This document shows, one piece after another, positions 1-10,824 of a stretch of DNA of 64,000 bases. How positions within the stretch are numbered: position 1 is the first letter of the stretch; each line of letters starts with the position of its first letter. Source of the DNA: Dudresnaya verticillata (Eukaryota); contig OZ374563.1 of assembly GCA_977862235.1 (NCBI GenBank), forward strand, positions 1,612,001-1,676,000, given 5' to 3'. The notes below the pieces were generated by a model, which saw only the letters and a program-made list of their open reading frames with translations, searched no databases and was not told the DNA's origin. Made by a program: the position numbers and the translations under genes.

Positions 1-269
1 ATTCTACTCGGCAATTTTTGCTCCACTGCCCGTTGTGCTTGTCTCCAGCGAAGTGACCCCTTATTTCAGGGCCTCATAGACGCGCCAGTACTACAAGGCC
101 TCGAAGCGCAGGCAGAGGGATTCTGCAGCGCTGAGTTTTCGGGCCGCCCGATTGTCAGAAACTGACCTGTGCAAAGCGATAGCAGTGGGCAGGCAGCGAA
201 CATACGAGAACAGGAGCCAACTTCGAGAAGATCTTCATGTCCGTTTGCTTTCGGGTGTAGGTGAACGAA

Positions 270-620
270 ATGGTACTTGGGTTGATACGGCTGGCGCGCC
301 AGTCTTTGTCCGGACGAGTTGTAACTGCAACATCTAGGCGTTGGAACACGATAAGCACGGCACAGGGGAAGGACGGGGAGTCCAAGGAAACTGCACGGGG
401 AGAGTCTGCACAAGAAACCAATGGTGAAATTACTTCCGAGAGCGAGGGCGTTGCACCATCGGAGCAGAAGGATACGACGGAGGAGGAGGACAGCGGGGTT
501 GAAATGGTTGAGATGTGGAATAAGGATGCTCCATCTGGTCCAGAGTGGAACGGCCCTCGCGGATATGAGCCGACTCGATATGGGGACTGGGCTCGGAACG
601 GACGCGTAAGCGACTTTTGA
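270..620 (+). CDS. SDHAF4: Succinate dehydrogenase assembly factor 4 (DUF1674), mitochondrial
   Basis: C-terminal signature EWNGPRGYEPTRYGDW..NGRVSDF. The Arg/Ser-rich N-terminus resembles a presequence. First ATG at 270. Confidence 0.9.
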   Translation: MVLGLIRLARQSLSGRVVTATSRRWNTISTAQGKDGESKETARGESAQETNGEITSESEGVAPSEQKDTTEEEDSGVEMVEMWNKDAPSGPEWNGPRGYEPTRYGDWARNGRVSDF

Positions 621-852
621 ATGCCACAGAAACGGAGAGGGGTTTTATTGCGGCGCAACTGTGTTAGTCTCATCCTAGTTACAACTGATAGGTAACGTGT
701 CTTATTCATGCAAGGGCTTGGGCGTCAAGTACCTCGGTGCGAGAAAAATGGAAGCAGTATGGCCTCCACAATGCAACAACTCTCTTTTTTTCCGCTTCAG
801 TAAAGAGGACTGCTTCTGACGTCGTTCGCGTTCATCAGCTTTACTTCGCAGC

Positions 853-2487
853 TCAGTTTGGTACAGATCCATCGTCTTCCTTCTTGCGTAGCTTGATCAA
901 GTCATCAATGCGAATAATTGTAAGAGCAGCTTCAGTGGCAAATTGGATAATCTTCTTTTTGCTCATTGCTGGCTCGATAACTCCTGAAGCAAGGTTGTCA
1001 CGGACCTTTCCCTCTTCCAGATCCAACCCAAACGAAGATAGATTAGCCTTGGCACCATCGTTCTGAGCAGCATGGTGCACGGCCTTCAGCTTGGCGACAA
1101 GATCTGTTGAGTCTTTTGCGGCGTTGATTGCCAGCGTCTTCGGAATCACCAACAAAGCCTCAGCAAATTCCGCAATGGCGAGCTGTTCCCTCGAACCAAG
1201 CATGGTAGCAAAGTTCTCCAAATGAATTGACAGTGCTGCCTCCGCTGCACCACCACCCGCAACGACCGAATTTGACTCTAAAGTGCGTTTAACGACGCAG
1301 ACCGCGTCATGGAAGGAGCGCGACATCTCATCACACATAAACTCGTTAGGACCACGCAGCAGAACTGAACAAGCAGCTGTAGACTTGCACTGCCTCATGA
1401 TGAGCACGTTGTCGTCACGGATTCTTTCCTCGTAGACCTCTTCGGCATATCCCAACAGCGAGTGGTCGAAAGACTCCTCACCAGAGAGATCCGCCATTGA
1501 TACCTGAACTGTAGCACCAGTTGCTTTGGCGATCCGGTTAATATCGCGCTGGGAAACTCTACGGACCGCAATAGCACCGGCCTCAACAAAATACTTGAGA
1601 GCGGCGTCGTCGATGCCCTTTGTCGTGAGTACGACATTTGCGCCAGCTTTGAGGACGGCATTGATTCGATCGCGAGTGATATCTAGCTCCTTTTCCTGGG
1701 CCTTGTTGAGCTCCTCTGGATCTTCAATTAGAACAGATATTCCCATCTTCATCTTGGCGCGGCGCAGATCAACATCAAGACAGGCGATCTTCGCCGGGGC
1801 GACACGGCGGGGCATGAGCTGACTGGATCGAGTTTGGTTCAAGGCATAACCAGGCAAGAGTTCGCTTTCCCGGGCACTCTTTCCCTGCGCTTTGAGGACG
1901 TGGATGGCATCAATTGGGTACTTGTACTTGCCGCTGGAGGATGGAGTCTTGACGGCCAGCACGGCATCAACGGCCATAGTGGCAAACTTTTCGCTCTCCG
2001 CGCTGCCAAGAATCTTGCTAGACAAACTTGTCTTCGCGGCATTGATGAGGCATTCCTTGCCAAGCTTATCGACTGGGACGGCGAGGTTGTCGCGCAAATA
2101 CTTGCAGCCCTCTCGCATGGCGAGGCGGTACCCGGCGATGATGTTAGTGGGGTGGATGCGGGCTCGGACGAGCTCGTTGGCGCGGCGGAGCAGCTCCGCG
2201 GCGAGGATGACGACAGACGTGGTGCCATCACCAACCTCCTCATCCTGTTGCGCGGCCAGCTCCGTGAGGACCTTGGCGGCCGGGTGCTCCACCTCGAGAA
2301 GGCGCAGGATAGTGGCGCCGTCGTTGGTAACGGTGACGTCGCCCACCTCATCCACCAACATCTTGTCCAAACCGACAGGACCCAGCGAGGACTTGACGAT
2401 GTTCGCCACCGCGACGCATGCGGTTACATTGCTTGTACGGACGTCTTGGCCGGACTCGCGGGTGCCGTCGATCACCAAGCCTGACAT
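853..2487 (-). CDS. CCT1: T-complex protein 1 alpha (CCT/TRiC chaperonin)
   Basis: 544 aa intronless ORF with SSLGPVGLDKM, TNDGATIL, GDGTTSVV and VVAGGGA motifs. IHPTNII.GYRLA fits the alpha subunit. Confidence 0.97.
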   Translation of the reverse strand: MSGLVIDGTRESGQDVRTSNVTACVAVANIVKSSLGPVGLDKMLVDEVGDVTVTNDGATILRLLEVEHPAAKVLTELAAQQDEEVGDGTTSVVILAAELLRRANELVRARIHPTNIIAGYRLAMREGCKYLRDNLAVPVDKLGKECLINAAKTSLSSKILGSAESEKFATMAVDAVLAVKTPSSSGKYKYPIDAIHVLKAQGKSARESELLPGYALNQTRSSQLMPRRVAPAKIACLDVDLRRAKMKMGISVLIEDPEELNKAQEKELDITRDRINAVLKAGANVVLTTKGIDDAALKYFVEAGAIAVRRVSQRDINRIAKATGATVQVSMADLSGEESFDHSLLGYAEEVYEERIRDDNVLIMRQCKSTAACSVLLRGPNEFMCDEMSRSFHDAVCVVKRTLESNSVVAGGGAAEAALSIHLENFATMLGSREQLAIAEFAEALLVIPKTLAINAAKDSTDLVAKLKAVHHAAQNDGAKANLSSFGLDLEEGKVRDNLASGVIEPAMSKKKIIQFATEAALTIIRIDDLIKLRKKEDDGSVPN

Positions 2488-3254
2488 CGCGCCTGGCGGG
2501 AAGCACGTTAGCGTTTTGAGCGTGGAATGGGAGAGGCGGCGATAGGTCTTTTAGCTCTTTGTCGAGGAAGGAGAGAGACTAGAGGGATCTAGCAGTCCTG
2601 TGCAGGGTGAACGAATTGCGAAGTGCTGGTCGCCGTGCGGTGAGTGCTGCGGCAGTCGTCGTTCTTGCCGCCAAAAAAAAGAGAAAAGGAAGGAAATGGT
2701 GCTCGTCGTGTGTTTGAGCGACTGTCGAATCGCTCGAAAAATTTCCAAAAAACCATGCGCGCACCAGAGGAGAAGGCCAAACAATTTGATCCTCTTGATC
2801 CACCGCTGTTTCGGAAGCCGCAGCGATCAAGCCGCCTCTCGGCCATTCTTTTTGTACTTCTCGTCGCAGCGTTCATGCAAGCAGCAGTCACATGTAGGAA
2901 AGGAATGACGGAGATCATCAAATTCCGTAGCATGAGATCAGGGTCTACCGTACGTAGGTGCTCGGCTTGTAACGCACTAGACAGATCGCAGTCGAGAACA
3001 AATCGCGACTGCCGCCTTTTCAAATAAGGAAAACAAAACCGAAAAGCGTCAATGCAATCCCTTCGAAAGGGGACAGCAGCTCACGTTTACATCTCAAGTG
3101 CTTCAAGCTTTGCAACTTTTAAGCCGCTAGGGTTGTTCCAGCACATCTGGGATTACCTTTGTTTCTTCCGTGGTAGTCCCAAACATAGCCACCACGACTA
3201 CCACCACCACAGCAGTAGCAATTGACACGAACAATAAAAAAAAAGAAGAAGAAT

Positions 3255-4835
3255 CTAATGACCTTCGTCACCAACCTCAATGCCGTGTACTCTTATGCGA
3301 TAAAGAGCAGTGTGTGAGGCGCCATGATTACTCAAAATGTCCACCTTGACTGCGCGCATTTGCTCGACATGCTCACCCTGGCCGAGGACAAACGTCTGCA
3401 AATGCCTTGTATCGTCCGACAAGTCAAAAACAAACTCGCCGAGCATGACCATGTCGCCTTGCGAAACCACAGCCTTGGAGGCATTGAGCGGGACGCCCAG
3501 GACGCGAAAGCGTCTTGGGGCGCTGAGCGTAGAGAACACACTGCGCTTGGGCGTGTGCTCCATGGTAACACTGGTGGGCCTGACGGGTCTGGCAAGGCGG
3601 ATAGTAATACTACCCGTCTCGCCCGGGAACGCCCAACAATTGCCGGGGAAGACATCAGGCGTGAGCGCGGCCTGCGGGCGACGTGGCAGGAGGGGGGTGT
3701 AGGCGCCCTCGGTGACAAGGGCCTCAACATAGTCGCGGACGAAGCGGGCGTAGAGCCAGGTGACAGATGGGTGGGACGCGCGGACGGAGGCGCCCACGGA
3801 GAGCAGGGCGTAGTCTGGTGGGAGCCCCTTGTCGGCAGCGTAGCGCTCTGTGAAGAGGTCAAAGTCGCGCCCAGAGGCACCTGAAGACCTGTCCGGCGGG
3901 CGCAGTTCACGCGTGACGCGGGCGGCCTCCTCAGCGGCGGTGCGGCGTGCCTCCGACAGCAGACGCGGCAACACCGCTGCTTCCAGCTGAGCTGCGGTGA
4001 GCTGCGGGTCTGGGGAAGTGTAACGAGGCGACCAAGCACCTCGGAAGAGGTAGCGCAGGGCGGCGGCTGCAGCGGGCGGGACAGCGCGGAGAGCGGCGAG
4101 ACCGCGGGTGCGGGAGGGCAGCGGCAAGGACGGGAGGGCGGGGAGGTGCGGAAGCGATACGGAATGCGGGACGAGGGCGCGCCACAGCGGCGGGCGCGAG
4201 GACCGGGCCCAGTAGGGGAGGGCGCGGGCGTGGACGACAGACTCCAGGGCGACGATGAGGGCGGCCAGGACGAGCAGGGCGACGATGGCGGGTATGACGA
4301 CGGCGGCGAGACGCGGCGAGCGGGGTGCAGGGCGCAACAGGCGGCGCGGGCGGCGCGGACGAGGGGCAGGAGGGGCCGGAGCGACGTCGTCGGGGGTGGC
4401 TGGGACGAGCGAGTCCGGGTCTGGATGGGCTGCGGCGGCGAGCGAGTCGGGGGCAGGATGGCGCGCGCGTAGGCCTGGGGCGACGGGGCGGCGCGCGGCC
4501 GAGCCCAGGATGTCGAAGAGCGAGAGGCGGGCGTGTTCGGCGGCGCGGAGGGCCGAGCGCGGGGTTGCGGCGGCGGGCTGGACGGGTGAGTCGTCGGAGA
4601 CGCGGTGCGGGGAGTGCTGGTAGCGCAGACGGCGGGCCGGGGGCTTTCCCGAGGCAGGAACGGGGGCGGAGGAGGAGGGCGGCGGGGTGGACGGCGGGAG
4701 GAACGAGGCCTCCGACTCGACGACGTAGCCCGTGCCGTAGAGCGAGTAGGCGCCCGGCTGCGACAGGCCCGGGGTGGAGGCGCGCTTCTTGCGACGCAGG
4801 CGTTCGGAGCGGCGCGTTGAGGCGTTTGCGTTCAT
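3255..4835 (-). CDS. SUN-domain (Sad1/UNC-84) inner nuclear membrane protein
   Basis: Basic NLS-like N-terminus (RLRRKKR) and one TM segment. C-terminal SUN domain: PDYAL...GA, PGNCWAFPG, VTMEH, SAPRRF, SNHG...T.LYRIRVHG. Confidence 0.92.
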   Translation of the reverse strand: MNANASTRRSERLRRKKRASTPGLSQPGAYSLYGTGYVVESEASFLPPSTPPPSSSAPVPASGKPPARRLRYQHSPHRVSDDSPVQPAAATPRSALRAAEHARLSLFDILGSAARRPVAPGLRARHPAPDSLAAAAHPDPDSLVPATPDDVAPAPPAPRPRRPRRLLRPAPRSPRLAAVVIPAIVALLVLAALIVALESVVHARALPYWARSSRPPLWRALVPHSVSLPHLPALPSLPLPSRTRGLAALRAVPPAAAAALRYLFRGAWSPRYTSPDPQLTAAQLEAAVLPRLLSEARRTAAEEAARVTRELRPPDRSSGASGRDFDLFTERYAADKGLPPDYALLSVGASVRASHPSVTWLYARFVRDYVEALVTEGAYTPLLPRRPQAALTPDVFPGNCWAFPGETGSITIRLARPVRPTSVTMEHTPKRSVFSTLSAPRRFRVLGVPLNASKAVVSQGDMVMLGEFVFDLSDDTRHLQTFVLGQGEHVEQMRAVKVDILSNHGASHTALYRIRVHGIEVGDEGH

Positions 4836-5043
4836 GGTGCGGGCGCGGTCTAGGGGGAGGGGGAGGTGGGGGGTGGGGGGAGGTGGAGGTGGGGAGACGA
4901 AGGCGGGGGAGGTGGTCGGGGAAGGTAGGGCGGAGGCCGCGGCGCGGTGGGGGGTGGGGGTGGGGGGGGGGGGAGGGCGGTGCGGTGCCGCGGCGGGGAC
5001 CTTTGTCCCGCGGTGGTGCTGATCTGAGGGCGGTTACGCGCGC

Positions 5044-5060
5044 TTCAAATTTTGGCGCGC
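5044..5060 (-). promoter_or_regulatory. Candidate CDE/CHR (E2F + TTTGAA) cell-cycle element
   Basis: Minus strand reads GCGCGCC-AAAA-TTTGAA, ~210 bp upstream of the SUN ATG. Plus strand contains TTTGGCGC, an E2F consensus. Confidence 0.4.
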
Positions 5061-5318
5061 TCGCGGCGATCCGCGCGCGAGGACGCGTGTCGCGCGGCCA
5101 TTGCGCGGCGCGCCGAACCGCGTGAATTCCCGGCGCCAGCAATGCCCGCGCTGCCGGCGCGAGCAGCGCGCGGCCGCACCGCCGCGAGGCATCACAGTTG
5201 CAGCACGTACCACATGCAGTGCCTGCGCTGCATTCCCGCTGACCTCGCCCCCCCCCCCCCCCCCCCGTCCGTCCGAGCCTCCCCATTCCCCCGCCCCGTC
5301 CCCCTCACCCACCCCCCG

Positions 5319-6164
5319 ATGACCCTGCTCCCGCCGCGCGTCGCCGCGCTCTCGCGCGCCCTGTCCGAATGGCGCTTCGACCCCGCCTCCACCCCGTTCA
5401 GCGCGTGGTACTGGCCGGTCGGTATGTCCGTCTTCTACCTCTGCGCCATCCGCCTCGCACAGCGCCCGATGGTCACGCGCAAGCCCATGCATCTCCCGCG
5501 TCTGCTCTTTGTTCACAACCTCTCGCTGTGTATCGCTTCGCTCATGCTCGCCGTCTGGCTCACCTACACCCTCGCTGCCGCATACGTCGGCGGCCTCACC
5601 TCCCACCAGCTCCTGTGCTCGCGCACCATCTTTGACAACGGCCACTTGCACGTTATCTACTATATCAACATGTTCTTCAAGGTCTGGGAGTTTCTCGACA
5701 CCTTCCTGCTCGTCCTGCGCAAGAAGCATGTCGCCTTTTTGCACTCCTACCATCACGCCGCCACCCTCATTCTCACCTGGAACCAGATTATGGAGCACTC
5801 GTCCCCGCAGTGGGTCCCGATCATCCTCAACCTCTGGGTACACGTCCTCATGTATTACTACTACGCCATGTCCGCCCTTAAAATCCGCGTCTGGTGGAAG
5901 CGCTACCTCACCACCGTCCAGATCGCACAGTTTGTCATCGATGTCTGCGTCATCGGATACGCTTACGCTACCTTCATTCGCTCCGGCTTTGATCAATCGG
6001 TCTGCTACGGTACCTCCACCGGCGCCGTCGTCGGCCTTGCCATTCTCTTCTCCTACCTCCTCCTCTTCATTCGGTTCTACCTCCAGACATACACCAAAAA
6101 GCCCAGTTCCGTCGCCGCCGCCGCACCCGCCAGCTTGCAGGACAAGAACAAAAAGTCTGAATAG
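5319..6164 (+). CDS. Very-long-chain fatty acid elongase (GNS1/SUR4/ELO family)
   Basis: KVWEFLDT, histidine box FLHSYHH, HVLMYYYY and T.VQIAQF motifs. C-terminal KKSE ER-retrieval-like end. ATG at 5319 chosen as the likely start. Confidence 0.95.
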   Translation: MTLLPPRVAALSRALSEWRFDPASTPFSAWYWPVGMSVFYLCAIRLAQRPMVTRKPMHLPRLLFVHNLSLCIASLMLAVWLTYTLAAAYVGGLTSHQLLCSRTIFDNGHLHVIYYINMFFKVWEFLDTFLLVLRKKHVAFLHSYHHAATLILTWNQIMEHSSPQWVPIILNLWVHVLMYYYYAMSALKIRVWWKRYLTTVQIAQFVIDVCVIGYAYATFIRSGFDQSVCYGTSTGAVVGLAILFSYLLLFIRFYLQTYTKKPSSVAAAAPASLQDKNKKSE

Positions 6165-6692
6165 CCACTCGCCCCCATCCTTTGCTTCTTTCTCGTTTTT
6201 GCCGCCTCGCCGTCACACTCCTGCAACATTGCCACCCAAACTGGCCCCAGCACTGCACGTCCTCCTCGTCGTCGTCACCTCCGACGCCATCGCAACTTTC
6301 GCGAGCTCCCGTCACCAAGCCATCCGCGCAGATGCATTTTCGTGTCAACTTGCAACACTGGCTTCCAAACCATCCTCGTTACCCGAGATACCGTTCACCC
6401 GGTTTTTGCAAGCGCTGCTTCTACAGCGCTTCCTCCCGTCCTGCCTACTTTCGAGGCGCTTTTGTGGGAAGTCCTTTTGGCCTCGCTCCTTTCGCGTCGC
6501 CCCTGCTTCCCGAACTGATAGACTTTATTAAAACACAACTCCACTCACGCTTCCTCCCCCTATTTCTGGTTCCCATCTGTCTTTATCTTTTGAACTCCAT
6601 TATTCGTTTGCCCATTCTTGTCTTCCTGTGCGTGGAGCGAGACAGGTACCTAGGCTTTGAGTCGGGATGACGTGCGGCTCGGTTTGAAATAT

Positions 6693-6728
6693 TCAATCTT
6701 ATAATAGAAATCAATCTTATAATAGAAA
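6693..6728 (+). repeat. 18-bp tandem duplication TCAATCTTATAATAGAAA x2
   Basis: Exact adjacent repeat. Only one degenerate unit is present at the equivalent place in copy B (~12280). Confidence 0.85.
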
Positions 6729-6995
6729 TAAGCTAAAAGCACACCAAAGCGAACTGGAAAGCAAAACAGAAAATACACCTCCGACTGACTGTACCACTAC
6801 CAAAGCTCAACACGGACGGCTGACGAGAAACAAGAAACACTACCGAAAGCCCTGCCTGTAACACCGTCGTCGTTCTGCAGAGTGGAACGGGAAGCCCTGG
6901 TTGGTAGCGAGCATCAGATAAGAACTGGGACAGTCAGCTGGCCTGGCGTGACGAAATACAATCCAGCGTTGACACACTCTACGCCATCCAGCAGT

Positions 6996-7319
6996 ATGTC
7001 GAACGAAGATGACCCCGCGAACAAGGAGCAAAACAAAGTGAAGGCCAAGGCGACAGGAGATTTGGACAAGGTCACTGACTATGTTGAGGAGAAGGAAATG
7101 GACTCTGCCAAGGTCGCCGACTCCATTCGCGCCATGCTCGGGAGCGCGTCCACGGCGAAGAAAAATGCTGCGGAGAAGGAGCTCATGAGTGTCAAGATTC
7201 AGCAGGCGGATGTACAGTTGATCGTGGACGAGCTCGATCTGGAGCCGAAAGACGCAGAGCGCGCGTTGCGGAAAGCCCGCGGAAACGTTGTTGCGGCGCT
7301 ATGCGCGCTCGTACGGTAG
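6996..7319 (+). CDS. HYPK: Huntingtin-interacting protein K-like (NatA-associated, UBA-like C-terminus), copy 1
   Basis: DLDKVTDYVEEKE and VKI...DV.LIV.EL.L....AE..LR...GNVVAAL..L motifs. Confidence 0.9.
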   Translation: MSNEDDPANKEQNKVKAKATGDLDKVTDYVEEKEMDSAKVADSIRAMLGSASTAKKNAAEKELMSVKIQQADVQLIVDELDLEPKDAERALRKARGNVVAALCALVR

Positions 7320-7517
7320 AAAATGGGGGTTATCGGGCGGTTGGGTTGCGGACGGGTCAATGCGGGAAACTTTGCGATGGATCGAAATGCACTTGCGCGA
7401 TGGGACGTGGCTTTTTACTGTACAGAGTTCGAGAGGATTGAGTGTGGGAACCGTTGAGACATCCTCGAGTGCTATGAACAGTCTCTAGACAGAGGTTACA
7501 GGTACTGTGGGAGTAAC

Positions 7518-7831
7518 TCACACGGTTTTCAATGCTTCGCGTGTGTCTTCCGTTTCTTCGCTCGGCTTGATGCCGAACTCGACGAGCTTTTTGATGATTT
7601 GCTTCCAGACCAACGGCTACGCAGTTGTCGAAAAAGGACATTATTGCTCGTTCAAGATGGTTAGTATCGTTCGCAAGTCTACTACGCAACAACTGCTTTC
7701 GGGTAACGCGGGGCACAATGGAGAAGAGGCTCAGAAGCACCGACAACAAGATCAAGTGCGGACACCTCCTTGTCGTTATTGTAGAGAGGTAGCACGGCAT
7801 CACCTCCGAGAACAAACTCGATTTTGAGGTT
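7518..7831 (-). pseudogene. 5'-truncated remnant of the SelM/Sep15-like gene
   Basis: Retains exon 2 (PLVWKQIIKKLVEFGIKP...), the intron (donor changed to GTCGGT) and a diverged end of exon 1 (NLKIEFVLGGDAVLPLYNNDKEVSALDLV). Lacks the CxxC motif and N-terminus, with an in-frame TGA just upstream. Confidence 0.85.
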
Positions 7832-8752
7832 AGAACAGTTCAACTCATCATGAGGAAGTGTTCATAATTCCTTCGAGCTTCGCGCTCTCGGTGGCCAGCT
7901 GGCCTGGTTGATGAAGAGCCAAGAAGCCCACATCCTTTGGCGCTTAGACTTAGAATGTTGCACCAGCTGTTACAAAGTTACTAGGCCCAAGAATGCAGGC
8001 CGCCAAACAATATGACAAACTGATGGAAGAAACTGAGTACGACGAGGGCAAACTTTTAATTGCAGAGGCACCAGAAATGTACTGAAAATTGTTCTGAACC
8101 AACTTGTATGCAACCCTTCTCCAACTAGACTTTGACCTACTCGAATACATCCTGACTCACTCCGCTTTCCTTCAATGGACATGCTGCCAACAAAGCCACT
8201 GCACCACAGCTGCTCTAAGCTCGAATATCGGTGGAGTTCTGTGATCGATGGGCATCGATGTGCATCGATCACATAACTGATTTTGCACATACACAGAAAA
8301 AAAAACTTGTCTGAACCAACTGTGAATTCCTTACTTGGAGGTGCCCCCGACTTGAATTGTGTCAACGTGCTCGACATGCACGGCCATGTTTGTTCAAGTG
8401 AACTCACTATGACCGCTCCACAAGAAGCACAGGATTGTGATCCGAAAAATAACACTGTTCATTGCATGGCGGGCTCTTGAAACAGAGTATCCTTCCGTTT
8501 GCTAAATAGCGGGCTAACGAGTAGACACCTTCTGTGGATAGAGGCAATGAGAGACTGAAACACGTTTCGCTCCTCAACCAGCATGCGAGGTGCGGCCGGA
8601 TAACGCGAGGAAAAGGAATAAGAGCAGAGAAAAGCATCGACAGCAGAGCAACGGTGGCTCTGCATCGTAACGAAGACTGGCGTTGTAAGGAGACCATGGC
8701 TTTGCAACATACCAAGGCAGTTTGTGAGGGCAGAACAGGCACAGCGACCGAA

Positions 8753-8796
8753 AGGAGACCGGCCTTGACACGAGGAGACCGGCCTTGACACGAGGA
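8753..8796 (+). repeat. 20-bp tandem repeat AGGAGACCGGCCTTGACACG x2.2
   Basis: Exact adjacent copies. Confidence 0.85.
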
Positions 8797-9900
8797 AAAA
8801 TAGATCTGCTGCACACCCTGAGCAGTTAGCGGCAAGCGATGTTATTGCGTGCTACCGTTGGGAGGGAAGGAGAGAGTTTATTAGCTGTACAGAATCTTTA
8901 ATAGGGGGAATTACCCATCGCACCTCCAAAGGGAAATCGTCTCGTGAACAAGCTGTTCTGGCGTATATCTGCGATTATTAAATCCAGAGAGTGGCGGAAT
9001 TATTCACAAAACGCATCGCAAGTAAGATAAGAACGAGACCAGAATCAGTGTGAAGACGTGATGGAGCTGAGAAGAGGCCCCGTTCATCACTGATGACCCT
9101 TTGAATGGGTCTCATAATGTGTAGCATAACAGCATGCCATGACCTATCTGCATAGTCGGGACTATGCTTTCGATATTTCTTGCTGTGCCATTGCTGACCT
9201 TGCTGCGCGAGCGTTCAAGTTCTTGCCACACGTTACGTAGGGAAATCAAGCAGCATTTTACACGATGCATCTGCCGCCCGTAACGAAAGGCACATAGGTC
9301 CCTTTTAACAGCGCTATTCTACGTCGCCACGGCAGTATATCTACTGCATTATTGAATAAACACCGAAGCTTCGAATTGCTTCTTTGTTTCGTCGCGATGC
9401 TGCGCGCAGCACTTGCGGGTCTTGGCCTGCTATATGGTTTCGGATTACACACAACACGACGAACCTGAACCAACATAACAATGAATGATCATTGTCGTGG
9501 GGCACAATAGACTGGCAAAATATCTCGATGGTTACCTCCTAGCTTAACTGTGGCCTATCTGTTCCGCATTTGTATCAATGCGGATGCGAGGCAGGAATGT
9601 TTGCTCATCTCCATCGGTTTTTATGCTTTCGCGCGTCCTTACTGCAACATCCATTTCTCTCTTGTTTCGTTGTCAATCGTTATCAATTAATCCCCATCGA
9701 CTTTGAATACACCTGTTCAATGCACCTGCCTTGTCTCTTGAACCCAGAAAACACAGGGATCTATGATGTTCCAATCTAGCGCCCCTCTTGCTCTTCTGAA
9801 ATAAATTTCTCTCTCTGTGTTCTGTTTTCAAAGCATTGCTTTCTGTAATGGTGCTCACATACTCTCTCTCCTCTTTCCCGCACGGTCGCTGCAGTACCTC

Positions 9901-9908
9901 TATATAAA
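9901..9908 (+). promoter_or_regulatory. TATA box of the orphan secreted-protein gene
   Basis: TATATAAA ~80 bp upstream of ATG 9982, with a pyrimidine-rich leader and an ACAATG start context. Confidence 0.55.
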
Positions 9909-9981
9909 CACGGATTGCTCCTTCACAGGCTCACGTCTACCCGCATCCCACTCATCACCTTCTTAACCAATCCCTTTAACA

Positions 9982-10824
9982 ATGTCAGCTTTTCGTCACA
10001 CCCCAATTGTACTGCTTGTTACCGTATTGATTGTTTCAAAAGCAGTCAGAGGTTGGAACGATGACAGGAATACCCTACCAACTCTGAATAGCCCATTTGT
10101 GTCTCGTAAAACTAAGAAGTGCTACTGGCCAGGAGATGCCCTACTCAAGCGCTTCTCTGTTCCACAAGACAAGAGAAAGATGTCCGGATGGCTCAAGAAC
10201 GTTGACCCTCAAGCCTTCAAAAACTGGTTGAGCTGCTCGAAACAGCATAAGATATCAAAGGGTGTCGCTAAGCACAGGCTGAGGTTGTTACGATCATATT
10301 TTCTAAAGCATTCCGAAGCTGCGAAAATGATAGTGAAGAACTCCGGCTGTTCACTTGATCAGCTTCTTGCTCTGTTTGACCCAAAAGCTACAGCTCAAAG
10401 CGCCGATAAGGCCATGGCCTGTATCAAGGATGTCATAGAGCAACCTATGGTACGCATTTCAGTTTCAACAGTTTCAAAGAGGGTCGTGAGGGTTGATGAG
10501 GATTGTGAGAGACAAAAGCGCAACATGATAAACAGAGCTGAAAACCTCCTTCTCGCTGCAATAGCGGCTGTTGCTGCTGCTGGAATATGCTGCATTATTC
10601 CAGCATCAGCCTTGGGATGGTGCCCAATACTAGCAACTGCTATCGCCGCTGAGCTTGTTGCAATTGCAGAGCTTCAGTCTGCTCGGGAATTTGAATGTCC
10701 GAAATGTTCTAACGAGCCAATGACGAGAATGGCATCACGAGATCTCGGCACTTATCCTGCCACCAGATACTTGACATTCACAGGACTGGATAAGCTACAA
10801 AAAGCACAGCAAGCCAAGGTCTGA
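9982..10824 (+). CDS. Orphan secreted Cys-rich precursor protein (280 aa)
   Basis: Signal-peptide-like N-terminus (PIVLLVTVLIVSKAVRG), basic pro-region, and a C-terminal hydrophobic hairpin with several Cys. Upstream TATA box. No family recognised. Confidence 0.75.
   Translation: MSAFRHTPIVLLVTVLIVSKAVRGWNDDRNTLPTLNSPFVSRKTKKCYWPGDALLKRFSVPQDKRKMSGWLKNVDPQAFKNWLSCSKQHKISKGVAKHRLRLLRSYFLKHSEAAKMIVKNSGCSLDQLLALFDPKATAQSADKAMACIKDVIEQPMVRISVSTVSKRVVRVDEDCERQKRNMINRAENLLLAAIAAVAAAGICCIIPASALGWCPILATAIAAELVAIAELQSAREFECPKCSNEPMTRMASRDLGTYPATRYLTFTGLDKLQKAQQAKV

Larger units (their letters stand above)
6040..7831 (+). repeat. Segmental direct duplication, copy A (ELO 3' end, HYPK, SelM-like 3' end)
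   Basis: Aligns by eye with 11873-13425. The core is nearly identical; the edges are diverged with indels. Confidence 0.9.

Noticed and set aside
2589..3027. Overlapping 127-144 aa ORFs upstream of CCT1
   Set aside because: No recognisable motifs, and the region looks like promoter/terminator DNA with poly-A tracts.
7832..7870. In-frame TGA upstream of the SelM remnant as a selenocysteine codon
   Set aside because: It lies outside the homologous region and not in a CxxU context; the intact copy uses Cys.
7950..8900. Possible decayed minus-strand gene in the insert
   Set aside because: Only short broken ORFs with one hydrophobic stretch; no family could be assigned.
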